The translations under genes and the position numbers were made by a program. From contig DATJEJ010000008.1 of the NCBI GenBank assembly GCA_035496795.1, positions 1 to 36,404 on the forward strand: DNA of 36,404 nucleotides, written 5' to 3'. Source of the stretch: Candidatus Omnitrophota bacterium (GTDB lineage: Bacteria > Eisenbacteria > RBG-16-71-46 > SZUA-252). The notes below the pieces were generated by a model that was not told where the DNA came from, ran no database searches, and worked only from the letters and a program-made list of their open reading frames with translations. Positions 24,200-32,852 of this stretch are shown here, piece by piece (position 1 is the stretch's first letter; each line of letters opens with the position of its first letter).

Positions 24200-26215
24200 A
24201 TGAAGACGCTGTTCTTGGTTTTCGCCACCGGGCTTGCGCTCGTGAGCCTCGCCGCGGCCGGCTCTCCGGCGCGGACGCCGGGACAGGCCGCGCTGTCACC
24301 GCTGGGGCCGCCCCTGACGCGCACCCCGCTCGCACCGCCGCTCGTCGTCAGCGGAGGATTCGGCGAGTACCGGATCGGCCACTTCCACGCGGGCTTCGAT
24401 CTGTCGACCAATCGCCGCGTCGGGAAACCGGTGCGCGCTCCCGAGAGCGGGTGGGTGGAGCGCGTGCGCTGCTCCGGGGTCGGCTACGGTCGGTCCGTGT
24501 ATCTGCGCGCCGCGGATGGCCGCACGTTCCAGCTCGGCCATCTCGATGCGTTCGCGCCGGCGATCGACGCCTATGTCCGGAAGGCCCAGGCAACCAACGG
24601 TCAGTACGAGCAGGATCTCTGGCCCAAGCCCAACGAGATGCGCGTGCGCGCGGGGGACGTGGTGGCGTGGTCGGGAGAGAGCGGCGCGGGCGGGCCGCAT
24701 CTCCATTTCGAGATCCGTCGCGGCGACGTGGCCTACCACCCGCAGCGCGCGGGCCTCGTGGTGGCCGATCGGAACCCGCCTTCCATCCCGCGCCTGACGC
24801 TCGAACCGCTCGACGACTCGTCGGCCGTGCGGGGCGTCTCCGGTACGATCACGATTCCGCTCGAACCGCGGGCGGACACGGTGCGCGCGATCGGGAGGCT
24901 TCGTGTGGTCGTGGATGCGCGCGATGGCCTCTGGAGCGGCGTGGACCGCATGGCGCCGTGGTCGGCGGGGATCACGTGGCGCGGCCGGACGACCGAATGC
25001 CGATTCGACAGCGTCTCCTGGGCCACCGACATGCCGGAGGGGGACTACCTCCACGACGCGGGGCGCGTGACCGGCGGGAAGGGACTCGTGCTCTGGGCGC
25101 CCGCCGGCTATCGTCCGCGATTCCTGCGCTCGGACGCTCCCTTCACGGAAGAGGCGGGGACGCTGCGCCTGGCACCCGGCGATCCTCCCGAGACGCTCGC
25201 CGTCTTCGCGCGGGACCTTGGCGGAAACGAGGTGCGCCGCGCGATCGTCCTGCGCCCCGGCGCGCCGCCCCCGCCGGCCCGGCCCGCGTTCTGGAGGGGA
25301 GACTCCTCGTGGGCCGAGGTGCCGGGCGACTTCGCGTCCCTTCCCGGCGGACGCGTTCGCTGGAGCCTGCCGGTCAGCGTCGCTCCGCAGGGTATCGAGC
25401 TGCAGATCGGCGCGACCAGCCGAAGGGCCACGCGAGCGGGAGAGGAGTGGTACGCCACCTTCGCCTATCCCGGCCTCAAGCCGGGCCGCGCCGCTCACGT
25501 TCCGCTCGCGCTCCGCGGCCTCGGCGGGTCGCATCTCGATTCCGGCGGCATGGTCACCGGCGCGGGGCTCGACGCCTCGGAGTCGCTCGAGCTTTCCATG
25601 GAAGGAAACCGGCTCCTCATTCCGGCGGGCGCCCTCTTCGAAGGGGGATTCGTGTTCGCGGCCCGCAGCCGCGGAGGACGGCCGGCGCGCGGACTCGAAC
25701 GGGTTCCGGGCGCCTGGAGCGTGGAGCCGTCCACGATGCCGCTACGCCTTCCGGCGCTCGTGACCCTCACGGCTCCCGCCGGGGAGCGGCTCGATCGCGT
25801 CGGCCTCTGCCGCCTGGATGCGGACGGTTGGTCGTGGGTCGGAGCGCAGCGCGACAGCGTGCGGCGAACCGTCACGGCGGAGACGCGCCGCCTTGGAACG
25901 TTCGCCCTCTTCCGCGACACGACCGCTCCCCGCGTCGCGCTCCAACGGGCCCCCAGGAGCGCCGCGACGAAACCGTACAGCCGTTGGGCGCTGGAGGCCG
26001 CGGTCACGGAAGAGGGAAGCGGGGTCGACGCGCGCGGGTCATGGTTCGAAGTGGACGGAGCGCGCGTGCCCACGGAATGGGATCCCGAAGCGGGTCGCCT
26101 GCGCTGGAGGCCGGCGCGTCCGCCCCGCCGCGGCGCGCACCAGGTGCTGGTCGTCGCGGCCGACCGCGCGGGGAACGCCGCGAAGACAAACGGCTCGTTC
26201 CGGGTCGGCCGATGA
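24200..26215 (+). CDS. Secreted M23-family (LytM-type) metallopeptidase with a long C-terminal extension
   Basis: Signal peptide MKTLFLVFATGLALVSLAAAG. HxxxD in IGHFHAGFDLS. HxH in SGAGGPHLHFEIR. About 480 further residues of unknown beta-rich domains. Confidence 0.88.
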   Translation: MKTLFLVFATGLALVSLAAAGSPARTPGQAALSPLGPPLTRTPLAPPLVVSGGFGEYRIGHFHAGFDLSTNRRVGKPVRAPESGWVERVRCSGVGYGRSVYLRAADGRTFQLGHLDAFAPAIDAYVRKAQATNGQYEQDLWPKPNEMRVRAGDVVAWSGESGAGGPHLHFEIRRGDVAYHPQRAGLVVADRNPPSIPRLTLEPLDDSSAVRGVSGTITIPLEPRADTVRAIGRLRVVVDARDGLWSGVDRMAPWSAGITWRGRTTECRFDSVSWATDMPEGDYLHDAGRVTGGKGLVLWAPAGYRPRFLRSDAPFTEEAGTLRLAPGDPPETLAVFARDLGGNEVRRAIVLRPGAPPPPARPAFWRGDSSWAEVPGDFASLPGGRVRWSLPVSVAPQGIELQIGATSRRATRAGEEWYATFAYPGLKPGRAAHVPLALRGLGGSHLDSGGMVTGAGLDASESLELSMEGNRLLIPAGALFEGGFVFAARSRGGRPARGLERVPGAWSVEPSTMPLRLPALVTLTAPAGERLDRVGLCRLDADGWSWVGAQRDSVRRTVTAETRRLGTFALFRDTTAPRVALQRAPRSAATKPYSRWALEAAVTEEGSGVDARGSWFEVDGARVPTEWDPEAGRLRWRPARPPRRGAHQVLVVAADRAGNAAKTNGSFRVGR

Positions 26216-26820
26216 CCTCTCGGCGTTGGTTCCTGCGGGCCCCGCTGACCACCTGCCTCGATCTCGCCGTCCTGGCGATCGCCCTCTTCAACGGTTCGGC
26301 TCGGGCGGAGCTGGTCCCCTTCGCCGCGCAGGCGTGGGGGTTCGACCCCTTCCAGATCGACCTGGCCCGCTGGCCGACGCTGGTCACCGGGGTGTTCCTG
26401 GTGCGGAATCCACCGATGCTGGTGGGGATCCTCGTTTTTCTCGCCCTGTCGGTGGGGGTCTACGAAACGCGCTACGGCACGGGACGGGCCGCAACCCTGT
26501 TCGGCCTCTCCCACGTCGTGACACTCCTCGCCACGACCGCGCTCCTCGTCTACCCGATGCACTTCGCGGGGATGCCCCGCCTTTCGGACTGGGCTCCGGC
26601 GGGCGACGTCGGCGCCTCGTTCGGGGGATTCGGATGTCTGGGCGGCTGGATGCGCCGGCTCGAGCGGCCCGTGCGGCTCCGCTGGATCGGCGTCGTCACG
26701 CTCGCCCTCGTGGCGAAGCTCGTGATCTACCCCGAGCGGTTCGGCGACATCGGGCACGCGATCGCGTTCTTTGCGGGGATGCTCCTGGATCGGCTCTTGT
26801 TCCAGCACCGGACGGCCTGA
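26212..26820 (+). CDS. Rhomboid-like polytopic membrane protein (possible intramembrane serine protease; some motifs degenerate)
   Basis: ATG 26212 overlaps the M23 stop (ATGA). SVGVYETRYGTGR resembles the rhomboid G..E.R.G.G+ segment. DVGASFGGFG resembles the GxSG serine motif. GHAIAFFAG, 46 aa later, resembles the catalytic His helix. The TM2 H...N pair is not evident. Confidence 0.5.
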   Translation: MTSRRWFLRAPLTTCLDLAVLAIALFNGSARAELVPFAAQAWGFDPFQIDLARWPTLVTGVFLVRNPPMLVGILVFLALSVGVYETRYGTGRAATLFGLSHVVTLLATTALLVYPMHFAGMPRLSDWAPAGDVGASFGGFGCLGGWMRRLERPVRLRWIGVVTLALVAKLVIYPERFGDIGHAIAFFAGMLLDRLLFQHRTA

Positions 26821-26847
26821 GACCCCGGAAGTGAAGGCCCCGGGGTC
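26821..26847. terminator. Hairpin between convergent genes (possible terminator, no U-tract)
   Basis: 8-bp stem GACCCCGG (26821-26828) / CCGGGGTC (26840-26847) with an 11-nt loop. It starts directly after stop 26820 and lies 22 nt from the cytochrome stop. Confidence 0.35.
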
Positions 26848-26869
26848 TCCTGGCCGCACCGGCGGGAGC

Positions 26870-29581
26870 TCACTTCACGCGGACGACCTGCCGGACGAAC
26901 TTGTGCTCGCCCGCGCGGACCGAGATCCAGTAGATCCCGGCGCCCGCGGTCGTGCCGCGCTCCAGGCGCCCGTCCCACGCCAGCGGATGCGTGCCCGCGG
27001 CGAGGACGCCCCAATCGACGGTGCGGATCTTGCGGCCCTGGACGTTGAAGACGTCGAGCCGGACGGACGTGGGCCGCGCCAGATCCACGCGCAGCTCGAG
27101 CGCGGATCCGAAGGGATTTCGCAGGACGCGAAGCGCGGGAGCCATCGCGGAGGGCTGCTCCGGAACGCCGGTGATGTTGAGGCCCACCGAATCGGTCTGC
27201 ATGACGACCGGCCACGATCGGCCGTTTCCGGTCCACACGTTGTACATCGTCTGGCCCGCCGTGTTCGTCGTGTTCTGATCGCGCAGGAACTCGACGTATT
27301 CCTTCGACGTGGTCTGGTACAGGAGCTCCACCGACACCGACCGCGCGGTGCTCGGCAGTCCGAACTTCTGGGTGTCCGCGTTCTGCCCGTCCGCGTACCG
27401 GGGGACGAGCGCCGGACGGTCGGGATCCACCGGCGTTCCCCCGAACGCGGCGAAGGCCGCGTTGGTGAACCCCTGCGGCGGAATCCGATTGTCCTTGTAG
27501 AGCGAGTCGTTGAGCGCGAAGTGGAACGACGGGCCGTGCGGGACGCCCAGAGCACCGGCGAGCGCCGGCGAGATGCCCAGCTCGGCCTCGTAGACGGCCG
27601 CTCCGGCGCCGCGGGTCAGAACGCCCGTGGCGGGGTCGTACGCTCCCGACTCGTAGACGATCGCTCCTCCGCCGTCCCGGGCGACGACGTGCAGCCACAT
27701 CCGTCGCCCCTCGGGATAGCCGGTGGGAAGCTTGTGCCCCGTTCGGTTCGTGACCGTGATCACCGCCTGGAAGCTGTCTCCGACGATCGTGTACGCGAGA
27801 TCCATGGCCGCCGCCCTTTGAAGCATCGACACCGAGCGTGACGAGGCCGCCGTCGTGGAGGCGGCGCTCACCTCCAGTGGATTGAGCGTCGCGATGATCG
27901 AAGGCAGCCAGGCGTTCCCTCCCGTCATGTCATGCAGCGGAAGGTCGGCCCGAAGCGGAGCCAGGGGATCGTTACAGCCCGTGCCGGCGACCGCCCGCAT
28001 ATGGCAGTCCTGGCACGTGGAGACGATGCCGCCCGGCTTGCTCCCCGCGAAGTCGGGAGCGTAGACGCCGGCCACGAAGGCGCTGTTCTTCCATTCGCTG
28101 TACGTCCGTTCGAGGGGCATGAACGCGTCGGACGTGACCGGCCCCGGCGTCTGGTCCAGCGGGCCGGGCGCGTAGTCCGCTCCGGAGACGCGGCCGAAGA
28201 CCGGGTTCGAAACGTCGTGGCACGTCCCGCAGAAGTCGCTCTTGGTGTGCACGGCGGAAGTGAGGAACGTGTGCGGCGCCGCCGCGTCGGCGAAGGGTCC
28301 CCGCTTCTGGGAGATCGAGTCGACGACGTACTGTCCGTTCGCGTAGGTCGTGGGCACGTGGGAGGGGAGCATCGCCGTGAGGATCGCCTGATCCTCCACC
28401 GGGCTCACGCCGGCCTTGTAGATCGGGTCCACGACCCGATGGCAGAAGTCGCACGAGACGCCGTCCCGGTCGAGGGCCGTGGTCATCTGGACGCCGCTCG
28501 TGGGGGTGCTCTTCCCGCCGAGCCAGCCGAACGAGTTGTGGCAGCGCAGGCAGAGATCACCGGAGGAGGGGGCATCCTGATTGGCCACGGCGAGGCACGC
28601 GAAGAAGAGCGGATCGCGGCCGGCCTGGGCCATCATGCTCCCTTGCCAGTTGTAGCCTGGTTCGACGCCGATGTTGTAGCCGCCGTGACAGGTCGTGCAC
28701 GCGGTGTGGTCCACGTACAGGCCGCCCTCCAGGGGTTGCGACCCGGACTGCTTGAAATCGCGCAACGTGGTCGGCGCGATCCCTCCGGGCATGCGAACGA
28801 TCGTGAAGAACCCGTCGGTCATGTCGGAGCCCGTGTTCCCGGCCGCGTCGTGCGCCACCGCTCGAACGCGCGCGCTGGTCGCGGGGGTGTTCAGGACGAA
28901 CCAGGAATAGGTCCCCGTGTTGGGCAGGTTGAGGGCGATCGGCTCCCAGGGAGAGATGTCCGCGTCCCGATAGAACAGATCGACGCTCGTCACGGCCGCG
29001 TTGTCGCTCGCGCTCCAGGCGATCGTCCTCGACCCTTCGCCGGTCCACGACTCGCCGCCGTTCGGCGTCAGGACCGTGATCGTGGGGGGCGTGGTATCGG
29101 TGCCGGTCGCGGGAACCAGGTAGGCGAGGAGATCGCTCTTGTTCACCGCGCTCACGCTGTCCACGTTCGCGGGGACCAGGCCCGGGAAGGTCGGGGTGTT
29201 CACGTAGGTGACGAGGTCGGTGATCTCCGCCAGGTTCGTGCAGCCGTCCGCGTCGGAGTCGTTGTTCTGAACGCTCAGGATCGCCAGGCGCTTCCCGTCC
29301 GAGGTGTTCGGGTAGCCGGGCAGCGCCGCTTCGACCCACTGGCCGTAGCGGTTGCGCGGCCCCGCGCCGGTGAACTGGTAGTGGCAGACGCCGCAGTGGC
29401 CCGAGATGCTCGGGAGGTTGTCCAGGCGTGAGCCGAGGGCGGCGGGATACGCGGCGAAGAAGGCGGATCGGATCGCGGGCCGGGCCCCGGCATCGCCGGG
29501 CGCGAGCGAAAGGGAAACGAGCGCGAGGAGCGTGAAGAGAATGCCTCCCCGCATCCAGCGGGATCGACCGGGCGCATGCAT
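26870..29581 (-). CDS. Secreted multihaem c-type cytochrome (6 CXXCH) with TSP3-like Ca site, Ig-like insert and T9SS/FlgD-type C-terminal domain
   Basis: Six CXXCH motifs: CGVCH (plus 29381-29395), CTTCH, CLRCH, CDFCH, CGTCH, CQDCH. Signal-like MRGGILFTLLALVSLSLAPGDAGA. DSDADGCTN. Ig-like module TITVLTPNGGESWTGEGSRTIAWSASD. C-terminus VRLDVFNVQGRKIRTV...WDGRLERGTTAGAGIYWISVRAG...VVRVK. Start is ATG 29581 or ATG 29554. The tracked start 29797 is an extension. Confidence 0.9.
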   Translation of the reverse strand: MHAPGRSRWMRGGILFTLLALVSLSLAPGDAGARPAIRSAFFAAYPAALGSRLDNLPSISGHCGVCHYQFTGAGPRNRYGQWVEAALPGYPNTSDGKRLAILSVQNNDSDADGCTNLAEITDLVTYVNTPTFPGLVPANVDSVSAVNKSDLLAYLVPATGTDTTPPTITVLTPNGGESWTGEGSRTIAWSASDNAAVTSVDLFYRDADISPWEPIALNLPNTGTYSWFVLNTPATSARVRAVAHDAAGNTGSDMTDGFFTIVRMPGGIAPTTLRDFKQSGSQPLEGGLYVDHTACTTCHGGYNIGVEPGYNWQGSMMAQAGRDPLFFACLAVANQDAPSSGDLCLRCHNSFGWLGGKSTPTSGVQMTTALDRDGVSCDFCHRVVDPIYKAGVSPVEDQAILTAMLPSHVPTTYANGQYVVDSISQKRGPFADAAAPHTFLTSAVHTKSDFCGTCHDVSNPVFGRVSGADYAPGPLDQTPGPVTSDAFMPLERTYSEWKNSAFVAGVYAPDFAGSKPGGIVSTCQDCHMRAVAGTGCNDPLAPLRADLPLHDMTGGNAWLPSIIATLNPLEVSAASTTAASSRSVSMLQRAAAMDLAYTIVGDSFQAVITVTNRTGHKLPTGYPEGRRMWLHVVARDGGGAIVYESGAYDPATGVLTRGAGAAVYEAELGISPALAGALGVPHGPSFHFALNDSLYKDNRIPPQGFTNAAFAAFGGTPVDPDRPALVPRYADGQNADTQKFGLPSTARSVSVELLYQTTSKEYVEFLRDQNTTNTAGQTMYNVWTGNGRSWPVVMQTDSVGLNITGVPEQPSAMAPALRVLRNPFGSALELRVDLARPTSVRLDVFNVQGRKIRTVDWGVLAAGTHPLAWDGRLERGTTAGAGIYWISVRAGEHKFVRQVVRVK

Positions 29582-29881
29582 GCGAGCTACCCCCTGGAGC
29601 GGAGCGCTTTGGATGCGGTGGCCCCGCTCTTCCTGAGCGAGAGGGAATCGAGAGGACGCAAGAGAACGAAAGAAAGGAGAGCAGGAGACATGCCCTGTCG
29701 TTCCTGGCCAACGCCGGGGCAACGTTGGTGTCCCGCAATCGCTTGGCATCCGCGGGGCGTAAGAGCCCCGGCTTGGGCCGTCCCGGCCGGCTGCCATGCT
29801 GTCAGTGTCATGACAGAGAGGCAGCTACGACCGGGTATCGCGTGATTCCTCCGAGGCTCTCGCATATCATCGGTGACTTCC

Positions 29882-31864
29882 ATGGATCCGGCCTCGAAGA
29901 AGCGCAAGAACTCGCCCCCGCCGCGGCGGCGACCCGCCGTGCCGGCGGACGCCCGGTACGGGCCGTGGTGGGCGTGGCTCACCGGCATCCTGGTGCTCAC
30001 GTTCGTCGTCTACCTCCCCAGCCTCGACAACGGCTTCACGAACTGGGACGACGCCAAGTACGTCACCGAGAACCTGGCGCTCGCGCATCCGTCCCTGCAC
30101 GACATCCTGGTTCGCCCGCTGGAAGGGAACTACCACCCGCTGACCGTTCTGTCGCTCGCGCTGAACTACCGCCTCTCGCAGCTGCACCCCGCGTCCTATC
30201 ACGGGCTCAACCTTCTTCTCCACCTGGCGAACACCGCCCTGGTCTTCTTCTTCATCCGGAAGCTGGCCGGGGGGCTCTGGGCGCCGGTGGTGACGAGCCT
30301 CTTCTTCGGAATCCATCCGATGCATGTCGAATCGGTGGCGTGGATCGCCGAGCGCAAGGACGTCCTCTTCGTCTTCTTCTACCTGGCCGGGCTGATCGCG
30401 TATCTCGAATACCGGGATTCCAAGCGCCGGGCATGGCTCGGGGCGACGCTCGCCGCGTGCGTGCTGTCGCTCGCGTCGAAGCCCGCCGCGGTCACCTTCC
30501 CGGTGGCGCTGATGCTGGTCGACGCCTACCGCGGCCGACGCTTCGACACCGCCGCGATCGTCGAGAAGGTCCCCTTCTTCGCCCTGGCGATCGTCGCGGG
30601 GCTTCTCACCCTGCACGCCCAGAAGGCCGTGGGCGCCATCGTCGACACGCCCGTGTTCCCGGTCCTCTCGAGAGTCCTCTTCGCCGCCTACGGGACGGTG
30701 TCCTACGTGGTGAAGCTTCTCGTGCCCCTGGGTCTCTCCGCGATCTATCCCTATCCGGTCGGGGGACGGGTGGGCCCGGAGTTCTACGTCGCGTTCGCCG
30801 CGCTCGCCGTCCTCCTGCCGGCCGCGATCTACCTGTTCCGCGCGAACCGGGCCGTCCTGTTCGGCCTCGCGTTCTTCCTGGTGAACATCGCCCTCGTGCT
30901 CCAGTTCGTCACCGTCGGCCACGCTCTGATGGCCGATCGCTATACCTATCTGCCCTACGTCGGGCTCTTCTTCGCGCTCTCCTACTGGATGGACGCGGGC
31001 CCTCCGCCCTGGGCTTCGGGCTCCTCCGTGAAGACGTTCACCGCGGGCCTTCTCCTGCTGCTCGTCCCGGTCTGCGCCGTTCAGACCTGGAAGCGCTGCG
31101 GCGTCTGGAAGGATTCGGCCACGCTCTGGACCGATACGATCCGCCATTATCCGAACCGGATCTACGACGCCTACTTCCTGCGCGGCACCTACTATCACCA
31201 CGCGGTGGGCGATCCCGCCGCTGCATTGGCCGACTACGACGAGGCTCTGAAACTGAACCCCCGGGCGGCGTTCGCCCTGGCCAACAAGGGGACGCTCCTC
31301 TTCGACCTGGGCCGGGCGGATTCGGCGTACGTCTATCTGGATCGCGCGCTCCAGCTCAAGCCGGACCTGGCGGGCGCTCTGAACAACCGCGGCGCCATCA
31401 AGGGCCAGCGCGGCGATCTCCCGGGGGCGGTCGCCGATTTCTCGCGGGCCATCGCGTCGGAACCGCTGTTCCGGGATCCCTACGAGAACCGGGCGGTGGG
31501 CTACTACATGGCGGGACAGTTCGACAAGGCGATCGCCGATACGCGGCGCGCGCTGGAGCTGGATCCGGCGAACCCCGAGAACCACGCGCTCTACGACGCG
31601 ATCGGGCAGTACGAGCAGAAGCTGCACCGCTACCGCGATGCCGTGGCCGCCCACGAAGAGGCGATCCGGCGCGCGCCGTACGGCGATCCGCGCATTCCCG
31701 GCTACTACTTGAACCGGAGCTTTGCCTACGAGGGCCTGGGGGATCGCGAGGCCGCGATCCGCGACGCGCGTCAGGCGGAGCAACTGGGCGCGACGCTCGC
31801 TCCGGCCTACCTGAAGAAGCTGGGAATCGCCCCGACCCCGGCGACCCCGGCCGCCGCACCGTAG
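29882..31864 (+). CDS. TMTC-like GT-C membrane glycosyltransferase-family protein (PMT_2/DUF1736-type N-domain) with C-terminal TPR repeats
   Basis: LPSLDNGFTNWDDAKYVTEN and FFGIHPMHVESVAWIAERKDVLF are motifs of the TMTC/DUF1736 type. About 9-11 hydrophobic segments. TPRs run from about aa 430 (YFLRGTYYHH...ALNNRGAIK...). Start is ATG 29882 or GTG 29873. Confidence 0.8.
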   Translation: MDPASKKRKNSPPPRRRPAVPADARYGPWWAWLTGILVLTFVVYLPSLDNGFTNWDDAKYVTENLALAHPSLHDILVRPLEGNYHPLTVLSLALNYRLSQLHPASYHGLNLLLHLANTALVFFFIRKLAGGLWAPVVTSLFFGIHPMHVESVAWIAERKDVLFVFFYLAGLIAYLEYRDSKRRAWLGATLAACVLSLASKPAAVTFPVALMLVDAYRGRRFDTAAIVEKVPFFALAIVAGLLTLHAQKAVGAIVDTPVFPVLSRVLFAAYGTVSYVVKLLVPLGLSAIYPYPVGGRVGPEFYVAFAALAVLLPAAIYLFRANRAVLFGLAFFLVNIALVLQFVTVGHALMADRYTYLPYVGLFFALSYWMDAGPPPWASGSSVKTFTAGLLLLLVPVCAVQTWKRCGVWKDSATLWTDTIRHYPNRIYDAYFLRGTYYHHAVGDPAAALADYDEALKLNPRAAFALANKGTLLFDLGRADSAYVYLDRALQLKPDLAGALNNRGAIKGQRGDLPGAVADFSRAIASEPLFRDPYENRAVGYYMAGQFDKAIADTRRALELDPANPENHALYDAIGQYEQKLHRYRDAVAAHEEAIRRAPYGDPRIPGYYLNRSFAYEGLGDREAAIRDARQAEQLGATLAPAYLKKLGIAPTPATPAAAP

Positions 31865-31913
31865 CCTCAAGTTCCCGCCCGCCGCCGCCGATCTTTTCCG
31901 GGACCTTCCGTCC

Positions 31914-32804
31914 GTGCCCGGCCCGGAGCGCGCCGCCTTGAAGCTCGTCGCCTGTCCCCAGTGCCATGCCCAGTACGACGCCGGCCTCGCATCGGGCCCG
32001 ACGATCCAGTGCCGCTGCGGCACGACGTTCCCGTCGGAGCCGCCGCGGGCCAAGGACGTCGCGGTCACGCGCTGCGCGGCATGCGGCGCCCTGGTGGGCG
32101 AGAAGGAGCGCCTCTGCTCCTATTGCGGCGCCGAAGTCGTCCGGCGCCCGGCGGCCTCGGGCCCGGTGTGTCCCGAGTGCTACGCGCAGAACCCGGAGTC
32201 GGCGCGCTATTGCGTCGCCTGCGGGGTGGCCTTCCTCCCGCAGCCGGTGCGGGGCAGCGCCGGCGCGCTGTCCTGTCCGGTCTGTACCGGGACGGCGCTC
32301 GCGCCGCGCAACCTGGGCGGGATCTGGGTCGAGGAATGCCCTTCCTGCCTCGGAATCTGGACGCCGGGCGACGTGATGGACCGCCTGATCGACCGGATCC
32401 GGGAGCGGATCGCGCATGACGGCCCCTCCTCGGCGGCGCGCCACGAGCGGCGCTCGAAATGGCAGCCCGAGTTCACGTATCGAAAGTGCCCGGAGTGCGG
32501 CGTGATGATGCAGCGGCGGAACTTCAGCCGCCGTTCCGGCGTCGTCGTCGACTGGTGCGCCAGCCACGGCACCTGGCTCGACGCTCACGAGCTGGAAGAC
32601 GTCGCCTCGTTCGTGATCGAAGGGGGACTCCGGGGCGTCGATCCGGCGCAGGGCAACGTGTCGCTCGCGGCGGATCCCCAGCGCGTCGCGGCCGTCGCCG
32701 CCGCGGAGACGATCCTCGCGAAGGAGCGGATGCTGGCCGAGCGCCGCGGGCGTCCGATGAGTCTTGGAGACCTGTTCACGCTGCTCTTGCGCCAGCGCCT
32801 GTAG
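31914..32804 (+). CDS. Multi-zinc-ribbon protein (three simple ribbons plus two zf-TFIIB-type ribbons)
   Basis: Five CxxC...CxxC pairs: CPQC..CRC, CAAC..CSYC, CPEC..CVAC, CPVC...ECPSCLGIWTPGDVMDRL, CPEC...DWCASHGTWLDAHELEDV. The last two fit the C.xC....l......v.C..C.G.W.d..EL pattern. Start is GTG 31914 or TTG 31938. Confidence 0.8.
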   Translation: MPGPERAALKLVACPQCHAQYDAGLASGPTIQCRCGTTFPSEPPRAKDVAVTRCAACGALVGEKERLCSYCGAEVVRRPAASGPVCPECYAQNPESARYCVACGVAFLPQPVRGSAGALSCPVCTGTALAPRNLGGIWVEECPSCLGIWTPGDVMDRLIDRIRERIAHDGPSSAARHERRSKWQPEFTYRKCPECGVMMQRRNFSRRSGVVVDWCASHGTWLDAHELEDVASFVIEGGLRGVDPAQGNVSLAADPQRVAAVAAAETILAKERMLAERRGRPMSLGDLFTLLLRQRL

Positions 32805-32852
32805 GACGCCGGGCGCCGGCGTGGCGCCTGCGGCCATGCACGAGGAGGAACG

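Noticed and set aside
24451-26211. Upstream 587 codons of the tracked 789-aa ORF 24451-26820
   Set aside because: It overlaps the M23 peptidase in another frame and is R/G/P-rich. Only the last 202 codons (from ATG 26212, ATGA-coupled to the M23 stop) look like a real membrane protein.
29690-29845. 51-codon ORF (MPCRSWPTPGQRWCP...) behind a purine-rich SD-like tract
   Set aside because: It has a high fraction of A/T-ending codons and a Trp/Cys/Arg-rich product with no motif. It more likely lies in non-coding leader or promoter DNA.
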